This document shows positions 1 to 10,640 of a DNA stretch of 64,000 bases, piece by piece; positions within the stretch are counted from its first letter, which is position 1; each line of letters starts with the position of its first letter. A program made the translations under genes and the position numbers. Below the pieces are notes generated by a model. That model saw only the letters and a list, made by a program, of their open reading frames with translations, did not search any database and was not told the DNA's origin. This DNA is from Glaucostegus cemiculus (taxonomy: Eukaryota). The DNA is taken from the NCBI GenBank assembly GCA_976551045.1, contig CDPCPM010000054.1:28334001-28398000 (forward strand), written 5' to 3'.

Positions 1-143
1 TATGAAGACTTTTGTCTGTGGATTTGAAGCTCAGACCACCAATGAAGAGTTTACACAGCTGTTTGCATTCTTCCTGTTTTCCTCAAAGAGAGAGGACAGC
101 ACTTGGTTCTCAATGCCACAAAAATGGCTCCAAGCAGAAAGAG
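1..143 (-). pseudogene. 5' end of a processed pseudogene of the hnRNP A1/A2B1/A3/A0 family (5'UTR plus start of RRM1); runs off the window edge
   Basis: Minus strand 70..2 reads [23 protein letters not shown], matching the hnRNP A1 RNP2 region [21 protein letters not shown]. There is no in-frame ATG (upstream TGA at 85-83). Upstream lie a pyrimidine-rich start CTCTTTCTGC (from 143) and a YY1-type GCCATTTT, consistent with an mRNA 5'UTR. Confidence 0.75.
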
Positions 144-145
144 GA

Positions 146-2455
146 TCAACAAAGTGCAGCTGCCTTTTTGACTTTTGTTTCCCCTCAAATGCCAATTTCC
201 ATAATTTTGTTATGTAATCTCCCTCAATCCTCAATTCTGTTGCATAATTAATACCAACATCAAGTTTTATTTCCACCAACTCCATGCTATTGATGAAAAT
301 AATACATGTGATTCCTCCTACCATCAAGTTGGAAATCTCTGAAATTAAAATCTTATAATATATTTTCAATTCCTTTTACTCCAATGCTACCTTTCCCCAT
401 CTTGAAACTTAGCTTATTTACCATATCCCTTGGAAATGTAATCTCTTTTACTTTTGCCCTATTGCCCTCACAACAGCACTTTCCAAAGACAAAAAATTGT
501 TGCTGATCTCAAGTTATTCACTATATCAGAATTCTGTTTCATTCAGAATTTTTGGTGTGTTTTCAGCATAGCCATTCCATTAGCCATCTGGTTACTAAGT
601 AACACAGTTTTGTTACTGGTCAAAACATATTTTGATAAGTCACCTGTAATTGCCTTTGACACAACCAAAGCCATGATTCTGACACCATATTAATTGAAAC
701 CAAATTACTATTAACCCACCTCCTCCCCAAACAATACCCATCATTATTAATTTCTTCTCAAAGTGTACTATAGCTAGTGATTGACTTACTAACTTTTCCA
801 GTAACTCACATACTTTCCCTCACTCATTATATGTTCTTATCCTTTCTTTTACAGATGACTCCACTCTATGTTCATCAGCTTCCTCCAGGCTAGATATACT
901 TTATGCATAAAATCTCCATTCCTTCTTATCCAATGGCAATTAACTAGATTTTGATTTGTTGACAAGATCCTCTCACAGAGATGATTCTTCGAAAGAACAG
1001 TTGGACTGCATCCCACAGCCTGCTTGGCATCTGACAATACGTGGTTTTCATGGGGTCAACATTATTTTTTATTTCACAGTAAATCTGAATTTAGTATCTC
1101 TTCTGGCCCCATGAGCATCATATTTCTTTTCTTCCATTAGCAAGAAATGCTTCTCTTTTTCACAAAATAATCATTTTTTCCTTTTACATTAGACCAACCA
1201 GGACTTAGATACTTTCATTCTCTGAGACTTTTTTTTAGTATCGTTCTTATTTTTTATCCAAGGAAGAGTAATTTAAAAAAAATGAGCTTTTTCTTAGGCA
1301 TCTTTACCATCCATTGTCTCTCCATTGAAAATATCCATTTATGTATCATACTAATTACAGTCAATGTATTTCTCAATTTCCATACATATTTATTGGAATC
1401 AAAACATCACAATTTTAAACTTCCCACAAACAACAATACAAAACTTCTCAGTCTGTTTATTTTTTTAGTAATGCACCTTGAATTTGAATTTGCCATACTT
1501 CACCATACTAAGCAATTTGCACATATTGGTTTGACAATTCCCTTAATTAACTCAAAAACTTGAATTAAGTTGTTGAAATTAAATAAAATATTTACCTATT
1601 CCTTTTTCCTTATCTTGCTGATACTATAAATCAATGAAGCTGTTCAGAAAAATATTAATATTTTGATTAGCTGGTTAGATGTACAGATTAGGTCAGATCA
1701 ATAACTGTAACAACAATATAAACTATTTTGATTCATGCTTTATCATTTTTCCATTTGCCTTTGTACAGCATTGTCCAAGGGGTGTTTTCATAATCTCCAA
1801 TTCCCTTTCTTGATAAACACTGCAACACTGTTCTTATTTCTTTTCGTGAGTTTCATATTTTATTTTTGTTTTATTCAAGTTACTAATCTTTCTCAAGATA
1901 ATTTGACGGAACTTTCTTCTAAGTTTTTCAAAATGTTTAAGAAGTAATAGCATGTTGGACATTTTCCAGTTGTTAAATATTTCTTCTAAACTTAATGAAC
2001 TAACAAACAGGACAGTTAAAAGGTTATTAACTTCAGACATATCTCTCTTCAGACTTCTAAGTGGGAGAGTTATTTGGACTTGATAAATTGCCTGTCCATT
2101 ATGATCCTTTTATAACTATATTCACTATTACTTTTATTCCATTTAATTCCTTCCCCACTGTTCCTGGAAACTTGATCTTTCACATATGTAACTGTCCATT
2201 CTCTTCAAGAGTGCAGATGGTTGAGAAGTACTAATTTGGTAACTATATGTTCCTTGTCCATGCATTTGAGAATCTCATTAAATTTTAATTGATCTAACCT
2301 TTGTTCACTGTACTTGTAAGTTGAAGTTACATGCAATCTTACATTCTGAATATCTCTTAGATTTCTTTATTGTACTTGCTTTAGTTTCACTTTATGATTT
2401 ACCACAATTTCCTCATCACTAAGTTGTTCCATATCGAGAAAGTAGTTACGAATGC
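146..2455 (-). mobile_element. env: Decayed endogenous foamy-like retrovirus env (SU and N-terminal TM), with many stops and frameshifts
   Basis: Purine-rich minus strand with motifs in PFV Env order: DQLKFNEILKC/DQEQYIHRKC; EWTVTYVKDQ/PWPKEGLIADQ; TVLF/HVLF; NSLY..DLIC/NALF..LDIC; CLVW/CRFW; FQxICMEIEK/FPSPICIEQQK; AITG..MANGMAMLKTH/ALTG..LQQGIYLLRDH; KELKIYYKILIS/DEMKVIKRIARS; DVGINYATELRIEGDYITKLWKLAFEG/EIGLYYELVIPKHIYLNNWNVVNIG; KSKRQLHFV/KSAGQLTHV. Confidence 0.7.
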
Positions 2456-3040
2456 TTACAAGATCTTGGGTTTTATAAATAGAAACATAGAGTACTAGAG
2501 CAAAGAGCTCATGATGAATTTTTAAAAAACACTAGTTCAGCCACAACCAGAGTATGTGTTCAGTTCTGAGTGCTGTGAAAGGTGTGAATGGTTGGAGAAA
2601 ATGCAGAAAGTATTTACCAAAATGATTCCAATGAGGGATTTTATGTAGATAGACTGGAGAATTATTCTCCTTGTGCCAGAGAGGGTTGTGAGTAGTTCTG
2701 AGAGAGCTATTTAAAATCTAAAGGGTCAAGGTCAAGTAGATACAGAAAAACTGTTCCCATTGGTAGAGAGGTCAAGAACTAGGGCACACAAAATGTAGGT
2801 GATTGGTGAAAGAACCAAAATTCATGAGGAATTTGTTTAGACGTTGAGTGGTTAGGGTCTGTAACATGCTTTCAGGGAATAGCAGGATAGATTCAATTGT
2901 AGCATTCAAAGAAATATTGGATAAATACCTAAAAGGGAAAAAAAAAAGTAGGATTATGAGGAGAGGGCAGGGGAATGGGACCAGCTGAATTTCATTCTGG
3001 TATGGACTAGATGTGCCAAATAACCTCCTTCCATATTAAT
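2456..3040 (+). mobile_element. CR1 LINE 3' fragment inserted into the env remnant
   Basis: Degenerate CR1 ORF2 C-terminus (LGFINRNIEY, LVQPQPEYV, LFPLVERSRTRAH) followed by a CR1-type 3'UTR (GGACTAGATGTGCCAAATAACCTCCTTC). Confidence 0.85.
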
Positions 3041-3044
3041 CAAT

Positions 3045-3210
3045 ATGCAACTCTGTTTACCTTCTCTCAATGTTTTTCAATTGGTTAGTAATGCAAGGTT
3101 CTTTATCTTCAAGTAGATATAAAGGATCTCTTCACAGCTTTGTAAGAAATAGTATCTCAGTCTTCCAGCCTACTTTTATAAAGTTACTACACCAATTTTG
3201 TTTGCACATC
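3045..3210 (-). mobile_element. Probable leader-peptide/SU boundary of the same foamy-like env
   Basis: Minus frame reads NFIKVGWKTEILFL...ITNQLKNIERRxTELHI, resembling PFV ISRIQWNKDIQVL...VYQPLQTRRIARSLRM, and lies where expected beyond the CR1 insertion. Confidence 0.4.
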
Positions 3211-3493
3211 GGCACACGTGTTAGTGATGCAAGCATCAAGAACTATACCTTGTTTGAGCATGAGAATAATTGATGAACCCCTAAAATTTTGCAGAATCAA
3301 GGAACTGTCAAAGAATCTTTGAGCCTGCAGTGTGTGAATCACTTCTCTTCCTGGAATGCCTAGAGTGGACCGTTAGTTTTCAACCCCCAATATGACCTAG
3401 TTTGAACAAGTATTCAAAGGTCTGCAGATTAGCTAACGCTGGCCAAATTCCAAAATGGAATCCCAACATGACCATGGCCAACATGTGACTCAC

Positions 3494-4416
3494 AGATGAT
3501 TCATCTCGTTTGTTGTTGGAAGGGGCATGATTCCTCATATTGCAGGACAGGTATTGGATCCAGTAGGCAAACGGATGGGTTTCAGGCGGGATCTAAAGAG
3601 ATGCACTTGTTGTTTCTTAGACTGACTTCCAACGCGTTTAATGTAGAAGCATGCCTGAGCATGCATGGGAGTGCAGCCATTCGGCAGTCAACTCCTGGAG
3701 AGGGGTGGTGTCTGTGAAGTTGTAGTGGGATCCACTATGTTTGATGCTGTGGGCGGGTGTGGAAGCTGACTTCCATAACTCTTACCATTTACCCTGTTCA
3801 CTGACGCTGGAGGTCTCGATCCCAGATTCTTTTAAATTCGTACAGGGGCAAGCCGCCCTGTACTGAAGCAACGCTTGCAGGAACTGCCATTCACGGCAGC
3901 TGCAGGGATGGCCTAAAAATGAACACCAGTCTCGAAAGACAAATGCAACACGAAACGTTGATTTAAAAAAAAATCCGGGCGAGAATTTCACTGTGTTCGA
4001 AACATGCCCTTTTCCTAGCTGTAACTTCGTCGGGCTATTTAATTTAACCAATTAGTAATCACTGGCATGCTGGAATTGTGTAAAGTGCTTCATTCACTAA
4101 TTTCCTCCAAATATTCTGTTTGCAACCACTGAATTGATAATTGATGGTTTTGAGATTTAAAGTAAAATGAGATACCATCCGGCAAAACATTGGCAGACCT
4201 GAAGTTGCGGTCTGGTGTTCTTGTGCTGGTGGTTCCGTCAGTTTACCAGGAGGGGTGATATCACTGTAATTGTTTTTTAAAAGATTGGGGCCTGTATCCA
4301 GGACCACACAAGACGTCTCGGTCGTTGTCGCGCTCTTACAAAATGAACATAGCCCAGAGGATGAATGTTACTTTGTAAAGAAATCTGGGTCGCATTTTGT
4401 CCGTGTGCATGTGCGC
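3494..4416 (-). pseudogene. Decayed unprocessed pseudogene resembling the N-terminus of B4GALNT1/B4GALNT2; candidate exons 4416-4176, 3912-3793, 3592-3494
   Basis: All three blocks have AG/GT boundaries. Block 1 has the signal-anchor MRPRFLYKVTFILWAMFIL (B4GALNT2 SRFLWLLKILVIIL) and splices in phase to GHPCSC (family CxC motif). Block 2 ends LYEFKRIWDRDLQRQxTG at phase 2 (fish B4GALNT1 LEEMKRRRAKEYQSFQKR). Block 3 has LLDPIPVLQY and ends at phase 1 (LLIAPANSPLQY). Several stops and frameshifts. Confidence 0.45.
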
Positions 4417-6329
4417 CTATAAATAGATAGCAGATGCAACTTTATTTTAATGTACGAAAATTCCCGTGCATGTGTATGGCTAAACAAAATAAAAGTTGCA
4501 TGTAACTGCGCGGAAGTAAAAATAAGTATTTGAACTGGTAAATTTAGAACATAAAAGAAAATGTGTAATGTAAGAGTCTCGATTTCGGTTTACAAATTGC
4601 AGTGTATTTTGTATGGATCTGCGTTATCTTAATATGTGTTATGACGTGAAAATTATAAAAGGAATGTTGTTAACTATCAAATAACCATCAAAGATATCCA
4701 ATTAGAGTACATGAAGTTACCTGAGTTGCCGATCTTACATATTCCACACATGTCCTGTATTTGCTATAAGCGAATATTTGCATACCTCGGCATCTGAAGA
4801 GGTGAAATCACACTTATTTTAATGTGGAGTTGGAGATATTTGTTGCTGAATAAATTCCATTTAGGTTGAAAATACCAATAATTGTGACGTTCTTCTTTTC
4901 CCTATTGGAGCGCGATAGGCGTGAATGGGGAAAATGAATAATACCTTGTCAGAAATACTTTGTATTTAATAAAAGATCAGGAAATGCCCTCTCAGCTCAA
5001 ATCGGTGTCTGCGGGTGTCACCCTGTGACTGAATCTTAACCTTATTTGTTCTTCTAAATTACTTCATGTCAGCGAAACCGAACGATTTGTACTATAATCC
5101 GCCGTAGAGTAATGAGATCAACCACAGGGCAAATATTTTTTTAATAAATTCATCAATATTCCTCTCCCAAGTTACAGCAAAGCTGAGATATTACCGACCA
5201 GGCAAAGGTGAGCTGGAATATTCACAGCAGCAGTGTAACATTTCGCACAATCACCATACAGTATTTGCACAGTGAATCCCTCGGATGTTGACATGTGGGC
5301 GTATAATCAATAAAAAGACAGTAAACAAGATGACTAGTGCAATCCGTTACTGATTAACTATATTTAATTGTAGCAAATCCTTGCCCACATCATTTTCTTA
5401 CATCAGCTGCTTGACCGATGTTCCCCATGAAACATTACAGTCAGCAAACAAGGCAATAAAAGTCCAAGTACACTCAATGTAAATAGATATATATCTAGAA
5501 TCCTCCAATAATCAAATGGCCTTACACAGCCTTTTTAGAGCATCACTATTACACTACCTATAAATGCTGTTACCTACACGACTTCAGAACTTGCTATTTT
5601 TTTACACAGTCATAAAATCTCCTTGACAACTTCCAAACCAGCAGTTCCCTGCCTAAACATCCATCGAATGATTTGATTTTGAAAAGCCTAGGCCTTCCTA
5701 TATGAGCTTGAAGCCTCAGAACGATATGAAATGTTTTTATATTAGTTTCTTGGCTTCCTTTAATTGTATTAATGCAGCTGGTTAAATATTGGAGCCACCT
5801 GCTAAAAGGAATGAATTGAACGCCTTCAATTTGCTGTTGTTTTTTGTCATATGCAGCCGAACTACATGGTAGTTCGTTGAGAAAGTAGTTGTTTTTCTTT
5901 AGTTTTAGCTGCTTGGGATCAAAGATGTATTATTCAGTGAAAACAATTCAGCTTCAACAACAAGCACATTCACTGTAGAGAAACATCGTCAGGGTTTTCA
6001 CAGTAGCTTAAGAAAACCCCTAGTCTATTGTTTTTGAGAGGAGAGAGCTGTTGGTATTGAACGAAAATATCACCCAGAAACCGCGAGTAAACAGCTTGCG
6101 ATGCTACTGCTCTGTCTGTAAGCAAAACATCTCAGTTCTTCCTGAGGTAGCGAAGCAGCAAGAGGGGATGGGGGTGTGGGCCAATGGAGAAAATATGTGC
6201 TTTAGAAGACTTTAGAATTCCACAGGCAAGAGAGTAGTGGCCAAGGAAGAGCATTCGAATAGAGTGAATTTGGTTGGGGGCGGGGCTGTTGTCACTACTT
6301 CACACCACCTGCTGCTAAATTCCTTTGCC

Positions 6330-6680
6330 ACTCATTCTTCAGTCATTCCAAAACTCCGCTAGCACCTCTCTCAGTTTTCTCTCAGTAGACGCCAGCATAT
6401 CCGAAGCTCTGCTAAGCATATCTTGTTTTGCACTCTGTTGATCCATTACCCCACATCTCCTTGTGCTCCAGTTTGAAATGTTCAAATGTTCCGATTTACT
6501 TTCCTTCAAGGTTTGAACCATCCCTTTGTAGCCTCCTTCAGCCCCACAACTTCAGTCCCACAAAACGAACTTGTTCATCCAAGGATTTGTGGCAATGCTT
6601 TCATCTGAAAGAACTTCTAGATACTCCTCCTAATACCTTTCCTTTTGGCTCAGAGCCATCACTTTACATCATTTTGAATC
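6330..6680 (+). mobile_element. Old L2-type LINE 3' remnant
   Basis: Pyrimidine-rich tract (CCATCCCTTTGTAGCCTCCTTCAGCCCCACAAC; ATCCGAAGCTCTGCTAAGCATATCTTG) resembling L2 ORF2 3' ends. Confidence 0.4.
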
Positions 6681-8299
6681 ACCCTGAGATGCGCTTCTCT
6701 GTCAGAGGTGATTGTGAAAACTGGTTGAAGCAAAAATAATTATTTACTTGTGTGATTTTACATCGGTGTTTCTTCTGTGTATCTGTTACATATGACCCCG
6801 TAAAATTACATTTGTTAGAGTTGTTGACAGTAGTTTTTCCACATGTACATTTTATATCTCCAGATTTCTTTTATAATGGCCATATATGGATGTGGTTTAC
6901 TGTTTCTTTCTTTCGCGTGTTTTGTTACAAGACTTTGTCTGCAGAAAGGTTTGGAGTTATTTTGCCCAGTTAATCAAAGCATGAAAGATTCATAATATAA
7001 AAAATGCCCATTGTAGTTTTGCAATTTCACTGTTCAAGGTTAAAAAACTTATTTTTCTCCAGACTTTCCTCAGAATTCATTCCAGAGGGGTTAGTCTTGT
7101 TCCTCGTAGCAGCACCACCAGGCTTCTTTAAATATCTGTGACTAGAACTGAAGTAGTGAAGATATGGTCCAACAAGGGCCTGTTACAGTTTAGGTATGAC
7201 TGCTTTCAATTTGTAATGTTTTACTTTTATTATATAATTTACCATCTGCTTTGCCAGTGGCAGTGCCTCAAATTCATGTACTGACCTAATAAAGCTTTAA
7301 GCTCTTTCAAAGTTATTCTTAGCTATTTCTTCCATTGTTCAGATTTTCAAGTTCTGCTGCCTATTTTGAAAAATTGGTACATTGCATGCAATAGTCGAAA
7401 ACATTTAACTGGTGGACGACGTACATCAGTGCAAGAGCAGACTTTAAAACTGTAGGTTGTTATGGTACCTACTTTTCCTCCTAGATATTCTTTCAATTAA
7501 ATAACATTTGCTGTTGTTCTACCCAGTTACATATTTTGTCCAACTACTTGGGTATTTTTCCTTTTATTTCCTCCTTTGATTCAAAGAGATTTTATAATTC
7601 AGTGTATTTTGAGTTTCTGAATCCAAATCTCCAGTGACTGAGAAAGCTGTTGAAGCAAAAAAAAGAATCAAATGAATTACTGTGTAAACAGATGTTTTCC
7701 TGCTATCAATTGTACATAACATAGGCTTTTCTTTTGTTTTGATAACTTCCCTTCTTGATAGAAAAGACTTAACATGTACAGTAACTGATGGTGACACAAT
7801 CTCACTAAGTAAAGAGCTTCTTGGATTGTGGCCATACCATCCTTATGGTAACTTAAATTAGTTACACTTGTTGCTAACAGCCTTTTTTGATGTTCTATAT
7901 TTAACTGGCAAGGACTCCAATATACAAATTAGTATATGATTTGAGGTTTTGTTCCTTCATATATTTTCAGTTACAAGAGCACAATGAAATAGAGTTCTTC
8001 CCCCCCCCATTATTTAGTAAGTAAAAGATTCACAATCATCCAAGTGTTAGAAACAATTAATATGCATCAATCAATGTGAATTTTCCAGACTAATCTATTA
8101 CATTTTTATAATGCCAGGCCTTTAATGCCATTGGGACCATGATATGTATGTTTTTGTTTACCTTTTTTTTGCTCGGCTTTATTATAGAATGTGGATAAAT
8201 GGATAGAGATGAGCTTCAGAATATGAATGTAAAAGCAGGCCCTAGTATGTGTTGTCTGTTCTGATGGTCAGTTCCAAGCATGAACTTGTGTTTAAATAT

Positions 8300-8480
8300 G
8301 ATATTGTAAAATACTGTGGATGCTTGAAATTTGAACTAAATATAGGAAATATTAGAGATGCAACACTTTTGTTTAGAGCTCCCCCCCCCCCCCCCCCCCA
8401 CCTTCCAGTGCACCCAAACACTCATTCCAGGTGAAACAACAATTTACTTGTTGACCTTTCAATTTAGTATAATTAAAACT
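8300..8480. mobile_element. Penelope-like element fragments flanking a poly-C tract
   Basis: TTCCAGGTGAAACAACAATTTACTTG..TTCAATTTAGTATA resembles the PLE GIY-YIG upstream motif; C-run at ~8381-8399. Confidence 0.45.
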
Positions 8481-8999
8481 TGAATTTTTCAGTTGTAATC
8501 TTTGATTCAGTTTGGGGGTGTTTTCTTCCGTTTTTTTATTAGTGTTCAGCAAAGTTATGTATTCTTGGTTGTTAAGATAAAACTTAATTCAAAGGATGCA
8601 TCAACTTTTAATCTCCAATAAAGCACAACTCAACTGAAATCAGTAATAGCAGATCAGATTTTACCATAATTATTCCTTCAACAGAACTTTCACTTTCTTT
8701 CAAGCAATCACAAGAAAATACTTCCTCTTTCACCACTGTCACACCACTGATCAGCAGTGCCGCAAACAAACAGGTTTGGTCAATGTCTATACAAGCATTT
8801 TGAAAGCTACATTTTGCATCCTGAAGGCAAAATCAATGAAAATGTAAGTGCCATCTTGTTGACAGATGCTGCTGGCAAAAAAATAAATGGGGAATCAATA
8901 AAGAGCAATTTTCCAGGTAGACCTTCAGTGCATTTTTTTTTCATTTCTATTAGTTAAAACCAAAAACTTAAGCCCTAATTATACAGTATTTACTGCTCA

Positions 9000-9600
9000 C
9001 TGTGTGGCCTCTACCAAACACAGAGTGGTGGTATGCTCTATGTACAGAACAGCTTTGTTCGGTCTGTTACCATGATCCTGAGCTTCTAGTTGCTTGCACT
9101 TTATGTCTCAATCCCACTCCCATACTGACCTCTCTGTCCTCAATCTCTTAAAATGTTTCAATGCATATCAATGTTAATCTCAAAGAACAGCACCTCATCT
9201 TCATTCTAGGCACATGACAGCCTTCCTGACCTGATACTGAGCTTAACAGCTTCAAATAAATTTTCCAGTATTTTTATTTCAGATTTCCAGCATTCACAGT
9301 ACTTTGTTTTAGTAATAATAGATAATGGCTCTGCTTTACTCATTTCATTCAGACCAAACATTTGTTTCTTTACTTGCCCCATTACTTCTCCCTCGTGTCT
9401 TGTAATATCACCTATGTTTGACACAATCTCTCATGCCTTCCAGCTTATTGCAGACCTTCCCTTTCATCCTTTCCTCTCCTCTATACTTTTGCTACATCCT
9501 AAAAGTGCTTACCCCTAACTTTTCCCAGGTTACTCATAAGATCATTGAGCTGAAATATTAACTCTGCTCATCTCTTTCCAGAGATGCTGCCTGTTTTCAA
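9000..9600 (+). mobile_element. Penelope-like element: GIY-YIG endonuclease C-terminus plus 3' region
   Basis: Reads HDPELLVAC..SHSHTDLSVL..KEQHLIFILGT..ELNSFK*, then a CT-rich tail ending CAGAGATGCTGCCTG. Confidence 0.75.
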
Positions 9601-9954
9601 TGTTGTCTATTCAGCAGAGCATGACTTTATTTTGGATACCAGTTTCCTGCTAGAATTATATTTTGTCAATAGTTGCAGGGGCTAAGGAACATAATCGAAG
9701 ATATCATGAACATTTTTTGGAAATAACTAAATGTAATAAGGCTTTATTATTTACCTGATTTTGTGGAATCTCAGATTATTGTATTACATGTCAGTCACAG
9801 AGACAGATATTTACTTATGGAAGCAAGGACATTTGTTCTGAAGTTGAGAAAAAATGTTTAGGAGATCTCAATTTAACTGCAGTCATTCAAGCTTTTTTGT
9901 ATCCATTTATATTTCCTTAAGGACAGCATTATTTACTGTGAAATTGGTAGTATT

Positions 9955-10640
9955 GATATTCAAAGGGACTTAGGTGAGCTTGTTGCTGAAGACCAACATG
10001 CAAGTGCAGTAATCAGTTAAGAAGACAAATGGTTAATCTGTCTTTATTATGTGAGGATTTGAATACCGAATTAAGGATGTCTTATTGCAATTGTTATGGG
10101 GCCTTGGTAGACTGCACCTTGAATATTATGTATAGTTTTGGTCACCTTACCTAAGAAAAAATATACTTACTATAGAGGGAGTACTGCAAAGATTCATTAA
10201 GTTGACTCCAGAGATGGCGGGTTTGCCGTATGAGGAGAGATTGCACAGACTGGGACTATATTCATTAGAGTTTAGAAGAATTAGAGGAGATTTCCTCTCA
10301 TTCTTTATTTCTTACGGACTTGGCAGGCTAGTTGCAAGTAAAATGTTTTCCCTGCCTGAGGAGTAGAGGCACAGTTCCAGAATAAAGGATACACCATTTA
10401 GAACCAAAATTAGGACATATTTCTCCACTAAGAGGGTGGTGAAATTCTCTACTTTGGACAGCTGTGGAAGTTCAACACCTGTGTTCATTCTTAGCACTTT
10501 TGGATTTCTGGACATTAGGGAAATGAAGGAATATGGAGATAGTATTAGGAAATGGCACTGAGATCAGTCATGATCTTAATGAATGGCAGAGGAGGCTCAA
10601 ACAGTGAAATAGCCAAGTGGCCTACTCCTGCTACTGTGGT
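9955..10640 (+). mobile_element. CR1 LINE 3' fragment
   Basis: LHLEYYV..FWSPYLRKNILTIEGVLQRFIKLTPEMAGLPYEERLHRLGLYSLEFRRIRGD, followed by the CR1 3'UTR GATCAGTCATGATCTTAATGAATGGCAGAGGAGGCTC. Confidence 0.88.

Noticed and set aside
555-2160. Resemblance to pneumovirus F (VLTSNKTVLLSN vs LLSTNKAVVSLSN) and M proteins, or to lokiretrovirus Env
   Set aside because: The matches are short and isolated, and the M-like one needs an off-frame reading. The foamy Env interpretation explains many more colinear motifs.
3690-3730. YNFTD..ELTA resembling B4GALNT2 YNFQD..DLPA
   Set aside because: It lies inside the inferred intron, so it was treated as coincidence and not used as evidence.
3370-4051. CD38/BST1 ADP-ribosyl cyclase-like motifs in one minus frame (FRVAF..DWC, HPC..PC, LW......AH)
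   Set aside because: The invariant cysteines and the TLEDTL motif are missing, the spacing is ~40 aa too long, and the frame runs through apparent introns. Likely over-fitting.
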